Shown here: positions 1 through 14,874 of the stretch, piece after piece | Numbering within the stretch: position 1 is the stretch's first letter | How the letters are laid out: each line of letters starts with the position of its first letter | NCBI RefSeq assembly: GCF_009914755.1 | Contig: NC_060940.1 | DNA length: 64,000 nt | DNA from: the human T2T-CHM13v2.0 reference genome, Homo sapiens | Direction: 5' to 3' (one strand) | The notes under the pieces: model-generated | What the model was told of the DNA's origin: nothing | What the model saw: only the letters and a program-made list of their open reading frames with translations | Database searches by the model: none | Made by a program: the position numbers and the translations under genes

Positions 1-382
1 AATACCTAGATCCTAGGTACCTGGTGGCCTCTGAGCCATTGGGAATATGCTTGTGGAAATACACCCTCCTCTCGAGGAAGCTATGGTCTTGTAGCTGAGA
101 CTGATCACCCAGCAGACAATGGTAAACCCAGTGTGCCAAGCTCTAGGCAGAGGATAAAACCACGAAGACAAGCAGAATGGAAGAGGATGAAAATGTAACA
201 CTGCCTCGGGAAGGAGTGTTGGGGCAGACTTTCTAGTGTAATGAAAGATGAGCAGAAATTATTTGAGATGAAGCAGGAACAACCTGGGGCAGGGGTATTG
301 AAGATTCTATTGCTGAATGAACAGCAGGGACCAAGGCCCAGGCGTGAGATAGCACAGCCAGCTGGTGAAAGTTCAAGTTAAG

Positions 383-1090
383 TGCATCAGCCAGGATGGG
401 CCAGCTTATGCTGTCATAGTAAAGTACCCAAAATGCAGCGATTCACAATAAAAACAGTTCATTTCTTCCCATTATCTCTATCCTCCAGGGACTGGCTGGG
501 GGCTCGGCTCCATGTCATCCTCTCTCTGGCATTCAGGCTGACAGAGTGGCCACTTTGCAGAACAGCGGCAGTGGTTGTGCAGAGGAAGATGGCATACCAC
601 ACTACACACAGGCTCTTGAAGCTTTCACATGAAAGTGGCATGCAGGCCAGGTGCAATGGCTCCTGCTTGTAATCCCAGCGCTTTGGCAGGCCACAGCAGG
701 AGGTTCACTTGAGCTTAAGAGTTCAAGACCAGTCTGGGCAACATAGTGAGACCCCCATCTTTATAAAAATTTTAAAAATTTAACCGGGCATGGTGGTGCA
801 CACCTGTGGTCCTAGAAACTTGGGAGGGGCTGAGGTGGGAGGACCACTTGAGCCCAGGAGGTCAGGGCTGCAGTGAGCTATGATCACATCTCTGCATTCC
901 GGCCTAGGTAACTGAGTGAGACTCTGTCTCCAAAAAAAGCAAAGAAAGTGGCTTGGAGCACTTCGGATTCTGTTTCATAGGCCAGGTAAGTCACAGGGCC
1001 ACTCGTAAATCCAACAGGGGAAGACAGTGCAGTCCTTCTGTGTGGCCAGAAGGAGAACTAGAAGTATCAGTTGACAGCACTAAGGACCAC
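383..1090. mobile_element. MaLR LTR (MLT1K-like), split by an AluJ
   Basis: Starts tgcatcagccaggatgggccagcttatgctg, resembling the MLT1K terminus; resumes after the Alu. Confidence 0.6.
645..945 (+). mobile_element. AluJ
   Basis: Dimeric Alu with J-type diagnostics and A tail; degenerate TSD gaaagtggc at 631 and about 944. Confidence 0.9.
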
Positions 1091-1195
1091 CACTTTTGTA
1101 GCAGGAGAAGGGGGTCGTCTGGAGTGGGAGAGGGTGAGAAAGAAACATCAGCCAGATTCGGAAGCTCCTTTATGCTATGTTCTAGGGGGATTTTA

Positions 1196-1785
<590 letters not shown>

Positions 1786-1947
1786 CTCCTCTTATTACAA
1801 GGATACCCCAAGGCTGGACGGAATGCCTGCCCTAATCCACCATAACCTCATTTTAACTAATTACATCCGAAAAGACACATTCTGAGATTCTGGGTAGACG
1901 TGAATTTGGGGAGGACCCTAGTCAACCTAGTACAGAAAGTGATAATG
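1786..1947 (-). repeat. Inverted copy of 51327-51492 (MLT1 5' part plus 13-14 bp of its flank)
   Basis: About 91% identical to the reverse complement of 51327-51492; the last ~47 bp are identical. Confidence 0.9.
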
Positions 1948-2058
1948 TATTTTTGATGGGGTTTCACCAAGTTGCCCAGGTGGGTCTTGAACGCCTGACC
2001 TCAAGTGATCTCCCTGCCTCGGCCTCCCAAAGTACTGAGATTACAGGCATGAGCCACT
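1948..2058 (-). mobile_element. Alu left arm / FLAM-like fragment
   Basis: gatggggtttcaccaagttgcccagg...gagccact. Confidence 0.8.
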
Positions 2059-2837
2059 AGATTTTTTACTGTATCTAGCAAGGGCCATTGCAGGATATCA
2101 AGTCTGGGAATGACACAGTTTCTCATTTCAGAACCATTGAATTGGATACAGCCTGAGTAGTATTCATTCACTTTTTCCACAAGCATTTGGGTGGTGACAG
2201 AAGGCGGCAGACAAAGTCCCCCCATCACATTTGGCAAAGAGGGTTGCGGGGATTCATTAATCAACGAGCTAAACAAATGAATTTGTAATGTTTCAGATGG
2301 TGATAAGTTGCAAGAGTAAAAATAAAGATGGGATAACAGGAGCTGACAGCCTGTTAGAGAAAGCCAGAAGTGTTAAGGTGTGAGGAGCGAATGGGCTAGA
2401 CAGCTACAAAGGCGACAGAAGCAACATAACTGAGTGAGCTTCTAGAATTACAAGAGGGTCCCTGAGATAAAATCTATAGCAACGCCTAGGGCAGGAGGCT
2501 TTGATAAACATGATTTGCATCTGAGTTTGGAGTTGGAATAGCTCTTTTGAAGCACTCTGTCCCCATGGACATAGATGTAACACCAACCCTTTCCAGGAGA
2601 GTGGGTAACAGACAAGCCACTCAGCCGGTTTTATTAAGATGGAAATTTTCACAAGGGCTAAAATAAAGATTCAAGTCAATGGAAGCTGCCTTTTTAATTG
2701 ATAAGAGCAGCTCAGCAGTAAAGGAAATAGGAGATGCTTGATGCCTGTGTCGTTCTAGTGTTGGGGAATTATATGGAACACTCAAAGCAGACCTCCCCAT
2801 CAGCTCAGAGACAATTGATGGTCTGTGCATGTCCTTG

Positions 2838-3018
2838 TGAGGCTTTCTGTGGGGTAGGATGAGATTAGAAGCAAAGTTGCCTCTTTTACTCTTCTGGTTT
2901 CATTCTTCACTCTGGCAGTCAGCACAATTCACAGGTGTATCAGCCGAGGAAGCATCTCACAAACTCTATTCTCTCTTACTTCCATGCCATTTTGGCACCG
3001 TGAACTTGAAATCACTGG
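2838..3018 (+). repeat. 181-bp direct repeat, copy 1 (copy 2 at 5049-5229)
   Basis: 11 mismatches in 181 bp, no gaps. Confidence 0.95.
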
Positions 3019-3358
3019 TGGTGTTCTCTTTACCCTGCTGGAATCACAGACACTGCAAGTTGAAAGTCACCCAGAGGCGATCTGATGTTTTCCTTCCTCT
3101 ACAGGGAGGAGAAGTCTCTTCTGCTTTTCACAGCAGGTGTCATTCAACCTACACACATGTGCTGAACCACAGGAGCTTGTGGTCTCTCGAGGCAGGACCA
3201 CCCCCCGCAACCCCATGGTCAAGCAGCCCCTGCAGTAGCCTTGTTCTTCCCCAAGACCCATCACCCGTCCTAGCTGGGAGCCACGTGACGTTACGCTGTT
3301 TCCGTTTAAGCATGAAGTCATTCAAAAGTTGGAAGGTAGCACGCTCCCATTTTAGAAC

Positions 3359-3926
3359 TGTTGTGCCAAACCCTATTAACCTCAGTAAGGAAGACACCAG
3401 GTTCAAGAGGCTGAAGAAGAGACCCAGAGCCAGCAAAGGAGGCATGGGGTTTTATTAGGGGCTTACATCCAGGCAAGAGAGTCTAGCGGCAATAAGCTGG
3501 ACATTAGAACCGCCTTATATACAGAAACAGTCCAGCAACAGAGGGCTGGATAAGATTTCACCTTCCTATGATCCACTGTCAGCAGGCTAGATGACATAAG
3601 CACACAGCCTAGTGGCAGTGGGCTGGGGAGGAAAACTGCAAACATCATGCAATTTATATAACATTTTCCCTTAACACACTCCCCCTAATGACCTCCACCT
3701 GGCAACCTTCATCAACCCAAAACTCAGGGCCTCAATGTGTACAGCTCATGTCCCATGGAATGAAACGGAGTGGGGGGCTCAGATGTTTATCATAGACAAG
3801 GAACAAATCTCCTGGTCGACCTCTCCTGGATTCCCTAGTTTGGAACACACATTCAGGTGCATCTGCCATCCTGGGTCATCCCAAGGGTATGCTTAAGTCA
3901 CTGTTATCAGGTGCATTTACCCTACA
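3359..3926 (-). mobile_element. Solo LTR, LTR47-like (ERVL)
   Basis: TG...CA termini; reverse complement begins TGTAGGGTAAATGCACCTGA; 5-bp TSD agaac/ggaac. Confidence 0.75.
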
Positions 3927-5048
3927 GGAACACCTTCACATCATGTTAGCCCAATTCCTTTCTTTCTTTGTATCATTGCTTCCCTTTAAATCTAAAAAGA
4001 AGATTAAGTCTTCCATGCCAAGCCAAGCCCAATTACTACAACCAGTCTTTATATGGCAGTACCCCACCATCTAGACTGCCGACTAACTTCTCTCCTCCTG
4101 ATAGTCTCTGCTTTATGTATTTTCCTTAAAAACCACAGGAACCAGCTGGATCCAGGACTCCAGCCACAATCCAAGGGCCAGAGTAGAGGGTTCTAAAATT
4201 TCTCCATAAAATTTACTTCTCGATACAAGAAAGCAATATAAGCCATAATGGCTGACATTCCAGAAAAACACTCTTACCAAGCCCCGGCTCTCAGTAAACT
4301 CAAACGCATCTCTCTGCTCAAACGTTTTGTGGTTCCAAGAGAAAACAAATACACCGTGCACATTTTTCTTTCTTTAAAGATTGGAAAGAAATGAAGAAAA
4401 GACTTGTCTTGTCCATGTTTTTATAGAAAAATATAAAGCATGTCTCCTCTGTGACAGATTTCTTTTCCTGTAAATCCAGCAAGCCCATGAAAGAGCTTAT
4501 GTGTGAGCGGATGTCACACATTCATCTTCCCCAGCCACTTTGCTGCGTTTCTGAAAAGATAACATAGATGCCTGGAGTGCAGACATCTTGAGATTTAGGA
4601 GCTGGCCCCTTACAGCTCTTTGTGAATTGAGCCTAGAAAACGTGTCTGTTTTTAGCTGACCCCAAGAACAGAACTGGCAACCGCTTCGTGCAGAGGAGTC
4701 TTCCTCCACGGAGTTGGTTCTCAAGAAACTGACGCTGAAACTTTCTTTGGGCACGAGACACCTGTGTGCTTCTCATATTTGGACCCAATGCTGTTCCTTC
4801 TGCCCTCTGCTGTCTGTGTCGTTCCTGGCTGCAGAACACAGCCCCCAAGCAGAGATGCTGAGTCCTCAGGACCCAACCCACCACACACCGGCTGTGTAAC
4901 CCTGAGCCAGTCACTTCTGTTCTCCCACTAACCAAACAAGGACAATAATGGAGTCTTCCTGGGGTCCGATGTGCACACTGGTACTCAGCACAGTACCCTG
5001 GGCAGCATAAACAGTCCGTTTGACAGGGTGAATCAAGGCTTTCTGTCA

Positions 5049-5229
5049 TGAGGCTTTCTGTGAGGTAGGATGAGGTTAGAAGCAAAGTTGCCTCTTTTTC
5101 TCCTCTGGTTCCATTCTTCACTCTGGCAGTCAGCACAGTTCACAGGTGTATCAGCTGAGGAAGCATCTCACAAACTGTCTTCTCTCTTGCTTCCATGCCC
5201 TTTTGGCACCGTGAACTTGAAATCACTGG
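5049..5229 (+). repeat. 181-bp direct repeat, copy 2
   Basis: See 2838-3018. Confidence 0.95.
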
Positions 5230-5264
5230 CATGATGAGATCAAGTCCTATTCCTTGGACCTTGT

Positions 5265-5657
5265 CCATGTGATCTGATTTGGAAGAAGAGTCTTTGCAGT
5301 TGTGATTTATTGAAGGGTCTGGGGATGAGAGTACTGTGGATTATCCAGGTGGGCCCGGAATGCCATCACAGGTGTTCTTAGAAGAAAGAGGCAACAGGAG
5401 AGAACACAGGTGCACAGAAGCACAGGCAAGGTGAAGGCAGGGCAGAGAGAGATGTGGCCGCCAGCCAAAGAATGTAGATAGCTACCAAAGCTGCATATGG
5501 TAAGGAAGAGACCTCCCCTAGAGTGTCCAGGGAGCACAGCCCCGCCCACACCTTGACTTCTGACCTGAAGCCTTCAGAACTGTGAGAGACCAAATATCCG
5601 AAATCCTAAGCCACCCAGTTCGTGGTATTTGTTACAGCATCCCCAGGAAATAGATTT
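5265..5657 (+). mobile_element. MaLR LTR (MLT1B/C/D-like)
   Basis: ggattatccaggtgggcc...cacaccttgacttctgac...ttgttacagca MLT1 motifs. Confidence 0.75.
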
Positions 5658-5889
5658 AGTGAGTGAAGGGTGAGCCATTTGCATTAGCAGAACACAGAAC
5701 TGAGGAGACAGAAACCCAGCCACACTTGAGTGAGGCGTAGGGCAAATCTTTCCTAGATAATAACTCAAATCATTCAGACTGCTGCCTCTCTGCCTCTCCC
5801 TTTCTGTCTCTTTTCACCGCCTCTCCTTCCCTTCTTTGTTCTTGATGAAGTTGAGCTGCCTATAAATCATCGTCCTGTGTAAAGTTTTT

Positions 5890-6019
5890 AAAATTTTATT
5901 TTAAGTTCTGGGATACGTGTGCAGAATGTGCAGGTTTCTTACATAGGTAAACGTGTGCCATGGTGGTTTGCTGAACCTATCAACCCATCACCTAGGCATT
6001 AAGCCCTGCACGCATTAGC
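5890..6019 (-). mobile_element. L1PA 3'-end fragment (about 130 bp)
   Basis: ttaagttctgggatacgtgtgcagaatgtgcagg; TSD-like ctgtgtaaagttt / cagtgtaaacttt. Confidence 0.8.
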
Positions 6020-7349
6020 CCAGTGTAAACTTTGATCTCCCTTTGGATGCCAGCTGATTCTTTCTTCCATTGCCCGTGGGTTTCTGATTGCCCACCATTG
6101 CTAAAGCGAGTTGTATAGGCTGCAGGAACAGGTGCACAGGACTCTACGGCTTTCCCTGGTATATCTTTTCTCTGCTGAGGTCAGACTTTTAGATGGCAAT
6201 ACTTTTTAGTTTTGCTGGGCCAGATGTGTTTCCAGGAGGTGGAATTCAGCAGAAGCAGAAAGTTCAAGGCCGTGGAAGATAGCAGTTCAAGTGGCAGCTG
6301 CTAAGGGCTTTTCAACTCAGTGTTTTTTCAGCTTGACTTGCAAATAGAGCCTGAAAGTTCCCAACTCTTAAAAATGTTCAGTGTGTCCAGTCTTATAGCA
6401 GGAGGAAGAATTTGAAGATGGCCAGTGTTGCTGTTTCTCAGGCCCTAATATTTCTTTGTGCTCAGTGAACGGGCAAGTTATCCTGAGGAAGAAAATATTT
6501 CAGAGGCTTCAGTGCTAAGTATTAATCAAATAGGTCGGGGGTCGAGCAGGCCTTCCACAGTCATTCATACAGGAAAAACATATTGAGGCTGGCCCCACCC
6601 TATATCTCAGCGGGGAATAACTAAAGCTATTCAAGAGTCACCTTACATCCACGGTGAGCCACATTTCCTGATACCAGATGCTTTCAGGGCAACCTTGATC
6701 ATGGGTTTTTGTCTATTGCATCTTCATGCTGCAAGAAAATTCTGTGTGTAAGCATCTTTGTCTCCCAGCAAAATGTGGCCAGTGGAAGGTCCACATGAGG
6801 CCTTTTCAGTCTGGCATCCACAGCACTAGCACAGGGCCTGCCACAAAATAGGCCCCCATAAAGACTGGGGTTGAATAAAATGCATTGTTTGCAACACGTA
6901 GGCATGATTTCTTCTTTCCTGCGGTGGGGGATGGGACTGACCCATCAAAGCACATCTCATATTTGAAATGTATGAGATTCTTGGATAGTGCAAAATACAA
7001 TGTGTGCATTACACACTGAGGAGGCTGCTGCAGTTTCTCCAAACCCCTACAGGCTGGGAGACTTTTAAGAGACCCTTAGAGAGTGTCACCTTTGTTTATG
7101 CAGTTTTCATAAATTTCTTTTACTTGGCCGTAGTCTCTGGGTGATACTTGTTGTAACAGGCAACTATTACAGTACAAGATATCCTGCTTCAGATCTGTGC
7201 AGCTCTCCTGGGCTCTTAGTTGGAGTGAATCAAAGCCCCTGCACACACATACACCTGTGTGCACACTCTCGCTTTGACATTCACCTATCCCTCTACTTCC
7301 CACCTCCAGAACCCTCTGCTGCTGGTGTTTTTCTGTGTGTTTGTTTTAG

Positions 7350-7481
7350 ATTTTTGCTTTTTTTAGAGAAAGGTGTCTCACCATGTTGCCCAGGCTAGTC
7401 TCGAACTCCTGAGCTCAAACAATCCTTCCGCCTCAGTCTCCCAAACTGCTGGGATTACAGATGTGAGCACTACACCCAGCC
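7350..7481 (-). mobile_element. FLAM_C-like Alu monomer
   Basis: Single left monomer; ctctgctgct repeated on both sides. Confidence 0.8.
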
Positions 7482-7904
7482 AATCTCTGCTGCTTCTTGC
7501 TCATGGCACCATCCCTTTGGCTATCAAAAGGTAGCTCTCCTGGCCATCCCTTTGCATAGGCCATAGTGGAAGCTTATAATTTGATCTTGGTTTTTTCCTT
7601 TAGCTTTGTCCTTTCTGAAATTCTTCATTTTAGCCTAGATTCCTCTTATAATAGAGCATAACATTCCAGCAGTGCTCAAGGATGATTCATTGCCTCAAAG
7701 TTGCCACCTCTGAAAGAGTGTAATATGTCCACCCTACTCATTGGCAGGAGGGAGAATCTGATTCTTCTACCCCTTCTGCTGCTCCAAATGATAATAGCAG
7801 CCACCACAACCACAGGCTCAGCAGATAACACGCCTAGCCCAGAGCTGCACGTCCTCTGCCTCTCATTTGCCCACCACAGATACCCAATAAAATAGACACC
7901 GCTA

Positions 7905-8700
<796 letters not shown>

Positions 8701-10904
8701 TTTCTAACCACACTTTTATGCCTGCCTTTGTAACTGTGAAGCGACTTTTGCAGCTCAGAGAGGCTGCCCCATGTGCCCAGCCTCCCCAGTGAGTAAACTG
8801 AAGGCAGGGTTTGAAGCAGGCAGGATTTGATCTTGGAACCTGGGCTCTAAACCACTACTACACCATATGCTCACCCGAGCAGTGCCTAAATACCCAGCTT
8901 CTTAGCCAGGCTCTCAGCAACTTGCAAGGAAGAGTCATATTTTAATTACCTCTTGAGTCTCATCGAGCACATGGAGGAGACCTTGGGATATTGTTGAGGC
9001 TTAATATTGAGTTAAAATGGTGATTGTCTCCCTTGTACAAATCTACTTCTATTTAGACAACCTAAGGTTACTTTGGTTTTAAAAAATATCATTTCACACT
9101 AACCTTGCTTTCATTGAAGACTTCTCTTCTGCTTCTTTATCAAAAGTGGTGCTTCTGGGCCATGCCTCTCCCGTCTTTTGATAACAACAATATTCTCAGA
9201 GAACACAGTGTCCTGGGCTGAATGTTACATGTAGTCACTCACTTAATCCATGCACCAACCCCATCAGGTGAAAACCATTACTGTCCCCACTTAGTACCGT
9301 TATACCTCAGGCTCACTGTTGTCCAGAGTGGAGCAGCTGTTCAGTGGCAGAGCTGGGACTGAAACTGGGGACTCTGTCTCCTGTAGGCATGCTGCTAACC
9401 CTCTGAGTATTGTGAGTCTGGATGGGAGGCCAGTGGGGATTTATATTAGACGGTGCCCTGTGGTTGCAACAAATGAAAACCAACCCAGACTTTCTTTAAC
9501 AAAGGGGAATTGATGAATAGATCTCTCCCCTAACAAGAGGCTGGAGATGTGAGACTGGGGAGAGCAGGAGCCATGATGACTCTGGAGCCCTGAGGTCGGC
9601 CCCGGGAGCTGGCTTGTAGCAGAGGCAGTGGAGTCAGGGCACCGCCGCTCAGGGGCGGGACTCACAACCCCAGATCCGAGGGAGCATCTAGTGCAGCTCT
9701 CTTAAGTTGTGTCCATTGGCCCTTGGGGTGTGGGGAGCAGGTGCCTTTGGTCTCTCTTCTGCCAGGTTGTTTCTAAGAGAAGAACATTGCAATCTGGAAA
9801 AGCAGTATTATTGTAGGGTAGAAATGAACACATGGGGAAGAGCATTTAAAACCAAAAATGAAACAGATTATTCATACAGAGTGTGCCAGAAGCTACTGGA
9901 TCGAATCTCCTTTTGCTCCTTAAATATTTATTGAGCACCTACTGTGTGGCTGGCCCTGTTTCATTCAGAGGATACGAGGGTGAATCAAATGTGCATTGTT
10001 AAGTTTTATGGATCTAAGTTATCCCTTGAGTGGTGGCCTGATGGCTTGGAAGAGGTAATACATCTGTCAGTTCTGACATCCACGGTGGAGAGAAATGAAT
10101 CCTGCCAAATGGAAATGACTCTCCAGTTCCATGGGGGCACAGGTGGCCTGGAAAAAGCTACCCCAGTCTGTGAGCCCAGACAGTCCAGAAGGCCCCCTCT
10201 TAGATCTCAATCCCAGCACATTTAATTTCAGTTTTGTGTGACCCTAATAGAGATCCTTCATCAAGTTTTATTCTTCATAAAAGATCCATTTCCATAGACT
10301 CATAAAGCAACTCCTTCTAATTCAGTGTTATTTTATACATACTTTCATTGCTCGCATCAATCACAGGCAGCCGACTTCCCAGCCATGAAACAACAGCTTG
10401 CAACATCACCATGTTACCCAATATGTATTTACTTATCAAGTTGGAGAACACATGTTTGCAAAATCAGCAACATTACAGCTTTACTAGCAATTTGCTAGCA
10501 CTTTCTTCCCGTTGAACACGGAGTCTGAATTGTGTGGTATTTCACTATCCTGGCTCATTTGTATCTTGTAACTGCAGTAGTCACCAGCACCCTGAAACCT
10601 CCTGGAGATCCTTGTTGATCATACCTGGAACTTCAGCCAGGTCACTTACCTAACAGGTGTGGTTCTGGAGTCATCGATCATCTGTCCTGCACTACAACTC
10701 AAGGATATAGGTCCTATATGTCCCTCGGGCTTCTGGACCTAGCCTAAAGATGCCCCAGACAAGCTGTAATGCAGGGCAAGGTCCTCAATAGCCACTCTGT
10801 AGGGAGAATTCTGGAAAATTATCCTACCTGCAAAATGTAATGTGAAATATCTGACATGAGCTGTGTGGAGCTGAGTAGGGAAGTGGGGAGAATAAACCAC
10901 ACTT

Positions 10905-11100
10905 CCTGGGTTTGCCTCTCGTCTCAGCCACTTACCAGCTAGATAACTGAGGTGATGGGCAAGCGGCTTTACCTCCCTGGGCCTCAGCTTCCCTCTCCAT
11001 AAAATGGGCTAATGACACCTGCCTCATAGGGTTTGTGGGATGATTAAATGCTTGCAATGCCCTGAGTCATCTGCTATGGTACGAACCCTCATAAAGGTTA
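10905..11100 (+). mobile_element. MIR
   Basis: gggcaag...gcctcagcttccctctccataaaatggg MIR core. Confidence 0.6.
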
Positions 11101-12186
11101 GCTCCCCATCACTCCTGCACCAACTTTTGTATTCATTCAGGATTATGCTTTTGTGTGTCCCTCTGAGCCCATACTCAGCCACTTGCCAGTAGTGATGATG
11201 GAGTGGTTATTTGACTTCCCTGAGCCTGAGTCTCTTTCTTTTAAAATAGAGATGATCTAATTACCCTGGCAGGGCTATTAGAAGAACTATTTCTGGTGCA
11301 CAGTCCACACATGTATCTCCTCCTCCATGGAATTACTGCAAAGGTCTCCTCCTCAGTGCCCCCTATATTTTACCTGCATCTTTAAGCCAACTTTACACAG
11401 TCATAGGTGTCAGCCCATTTTACAGATAAGGAAATTGAGCCTCTGTAAGGTTGTGTATGTTGCTCAGATCATGTAGCCAGTAAGTAAGGTGCCAGAGTCT
11501 CCATCTGTTCAGCTTCTATCATTCCAAGGATTCCACTCTCAAGGCCCCACACCAGGCCAGTAGAATAAAAATCTCTGGGGGAGAGTCTCAGACATCAAGA
11601 GAATTTTAAAATATCTTCAATGAGCAGCCAGGGTTGCAAGGCCTACCCCCAGGCCATGTTTGCTCAACCTCATTCTCATGTACGGCCCACATCTGGTGGG
11701 TCCCACCAGAAAAAACAAGAGGGTGGGGGAAACTTAGCAGAAGTATTTCATTAAAAAGGAGGATGTAGCTTAGAATTCAGCAAATTAAAGCAGAAGCCAA
11801 GGAAATAGCAGTTCTCTGGTGTCCAAAGCAAGGTCAAGAGCTGGGAGCCCGAGGAATAAACTGTGAAGCCAGCACAGATCTCCCAGAACAGGGAACCCAG
11901 AGCTTAGGGCTGGAGAAGGCACTCCCAGAGAAGGTCCAAGCCTAGAGCAGTGACTGATTGACTTCTGCCCAGGTACATCTTGCTTCTCACCCCATAGGGA
12001 AACAACCGCTGGAGGAGCCAAGTGTTCAGTGAGCCGGTGCAGTTCTGGGGCCATAATGATGAAAAGGAAGGCATGTGCATTGTTGCCTGCGCAGCTGAGT
12101 ATAGGCACTGAGGCCGAGACACTGAGTGTCCAGGTGACCCCCTGTGTTTCCCAGGCCTTCCGCCATCTGGCTCCTGGCTCTTGACC

Positions 12187-12362
12187 ACGACTGGCTGCGT
12201 GATTTGCAGAGCCCGTTGTAAAATGAAAACTCAGGGTCCCTTGTTCAACAACAATTAAGAATGTCAAGAGGGTGACAACAGAGCACTAAACCCAGCACAG
12301 GGACTGTCTGAGCAAGGGGTTCTGTGCAACTGTGCAGGTCACACGTTCATGAAGTCCACCTG
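12187..12362 (-). mobile_element. MER45A-like hAT-Tip100 DNA transposon
   Basis: aaatgaaaac...cccttgttcaac...aattaagaat...caggtcacacgttcatgaag matches the antisense MER45A pattern. Confidence 0.7.
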
Positions 12363-12681
12363 CTCTTGAGCTTGCCTTAGACACCAGGTCTGGCCGCTGA
12401 AGTGCAGGCAAGAGTGCTGTGTGTCGTTTCTGACTGAAGCGTTCAATGAGTCAGCATGTGAGTTTGCAACTCTCTGCCGCTCCTGCAGCAGTCAGGAAGC
12501 TGCATGTTCAAGGTGGCCTGGCTATAAGATGCAAGGGTCTGGATCCCTAAGCTGCCACTTGGAGAGAGGATCTGCCCCTTGAAGTGAACCCCCAAAGTGG
12601 ACTGAATTTGAGTGAGAAATTAACTTTATGTGCTAAGCCACTGAAATGATAGGGTTGGACTGTTATCTCATTCTAGCCTAG

Positions 12682-13069
<388 letters not shown>

Positions 13070-13339
13070 TGATAGCGACAATAAGCCCATTGTTCAGAAT
13101 TAACCCAGGAGTTCATTAATATTTAGTGTCAGTTAAGTATCAATTATTTACCTGCTTCCTACTCCAGCTTTATATTACCTTAAGCTGTAAACGAAGAAAA
13201 ATGATAAAAACTCATCTTTTATTTATTCACTTATTCATGTATTTATTCACTTGTGCATTTGGCAAATGTTTACTAGACTCTTAATACATGCAAAGCATTA
13301 TTCTGGTGCCTTTGAACATTTTCATATTTGTCAGATATA

Positions 13340-13476
13340 GAGCAGCATCCTTGATCTCTACCCACTAGATGCCAATATCACATCTCCTGCCCCAGTTGTA
13401 ACAACCAAAAGTATCCCCAGGCATTGCCAAATGTTCCCTAGAGGGGCTAAAATACCCCTCATTGAAAACCACTGCT
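13340..13476 (+). mobile_element. MER20 fragment (hAT-Charlie)
   Basis: ctctacccactagatgcca...cagttgtaacaaccaaaa...cattgccaaatgt...gaaaaccactg. Confidence 0.75.
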
Positions 13477-13517
13477 GTAAAAAGGACTAGGCTTGCCATT
13501 TAAAAATCTCTTAAATT

Positions 13518-13811
13518 GGCTGGGCGCAGTGGCTCACACCTGTAATCCCAGCACTTTGAGAGGCCAAGGTGGGCAGATCACTCGAGGTCAGGAGTTTGAG
13601 ACCAGCCTGGCCAACATGGTAAAACCATATCTCTACTAAAAATACAAAAATTAGCAAGGCGTGGTGGCGCATGCCTGCAATCCAAGCTACTTGGAAGGCT
13701 GAGGCATGAGAATCACTTGAACCTGGGGGACAGAGGTTGCTGTGAGCCCAGATTACGCCACTGCACTCCAGCCTGCACTCCAGTGACAAAGCGAGACTGT
13801 CTCAAAAAAAA
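13518..13811 (+). mobile_element. AluS
   Basis: Full Alu; TSD ctcttaaatt. Confidence 0.92.
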
Positions 13812-14874
13812 CTCTTAAATTGGTTAAACAAACAAAAAAAACCACACCGTGTCCTTTTGTTGTTTTTAAGAGTTTATGGAAAAATATATTGGAGAGTTAC
13901 AACTACTTCAGGCTAATTCAATATAAAGAGTATTTTTATTATTAGTTTGGAATATTAAAGTTTCCACTTAAAATTGATTTTTTGAAGTGTTTTCAGGCAA
14001 CATCATTTAATTCAGCATAGAGTATCCTATGTCTTTCAAAAAGAACTTCATGGGAATGGTAGATAAAAAGATTAAGTGGAATTTTTAAGGGGTGTAAGAA
14101 AAATCTTACTGTCGAAGTCTGGATAAAAGGAAGAAATTAGGACAGTAAAATGAATCATGATGGGGGACCCCAGTTTTGGCCATGTGTCACCTAATATGTC
14201 ATAAACAGTTCTTCAGCTTCATTAAAGAATAGCTTACCAGAAAGAAGGGCAGACACTGGAGGCTGAACTGCAGCGAATGAAAACCTGAAATAATCACAAG
14301 GTGGTCCTGTTGCCATCATCTCTTTATCAGTATAAAGATAAACAACCTTTGAAAACAGATGGAGACAGTCATTGCTCAACTTGTCATAACTTATTACATA
14401 TTTGGCTGTCAATTTGTACTTAAAAAACCAACTAGCTCCAGGGAGGCAAAGCAAAGTGGAGAGGAGAAGCGAAGCCTGTTGCATTTCAATTCAAGCCTGT
14501 GGTAATTTCAGCTGCATGGAGACACTTAGGACTGTTTTTAAATGAAGTCAGCAACTGTCCCAAAATTTAAGGCATTCTCATTTTAAAGAGCACAGTTGTG
14601 TTCCTATGGGATGGCACTTCCTCACCTCAAACCTGTATCAGGAGTATATATATCTCGTGCCCGTTTAGTCAGTGCTGCTCTCCCACAGGGTGAGATCTCT
14701 CTGAGCCAGATCATTCTCGGACAGATGATGAATTTTTCTGTTCCAAACAGGGAGGTGGGAGGAGGAAGGGCAAAATGTTTCCCATGGATGTACCACTTTT
14801 TAAAGTTGTAATCTGGAGTACTCATCAACAACATTTAATTCATGCCTTTGGGGGAAAGAATGGCTCTACCAACA

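Noticed and set aside
2859-3458. 199-aa ORF with a signal-peptide-like N-terminus
   Set aside because: It starts in the 181-bp duplicated unit and ends in an antisense LTR. No recognisable domain or splice support, so probably chance.
2838-5229. The 181-bp direct repeats as LTRs of a 2.4-kb retroelement
   Set aside because: No CA 3' terminus, TSD, PBS or polypurine tract seen, and the interior is ordinary intron plus an unrelated LTR.
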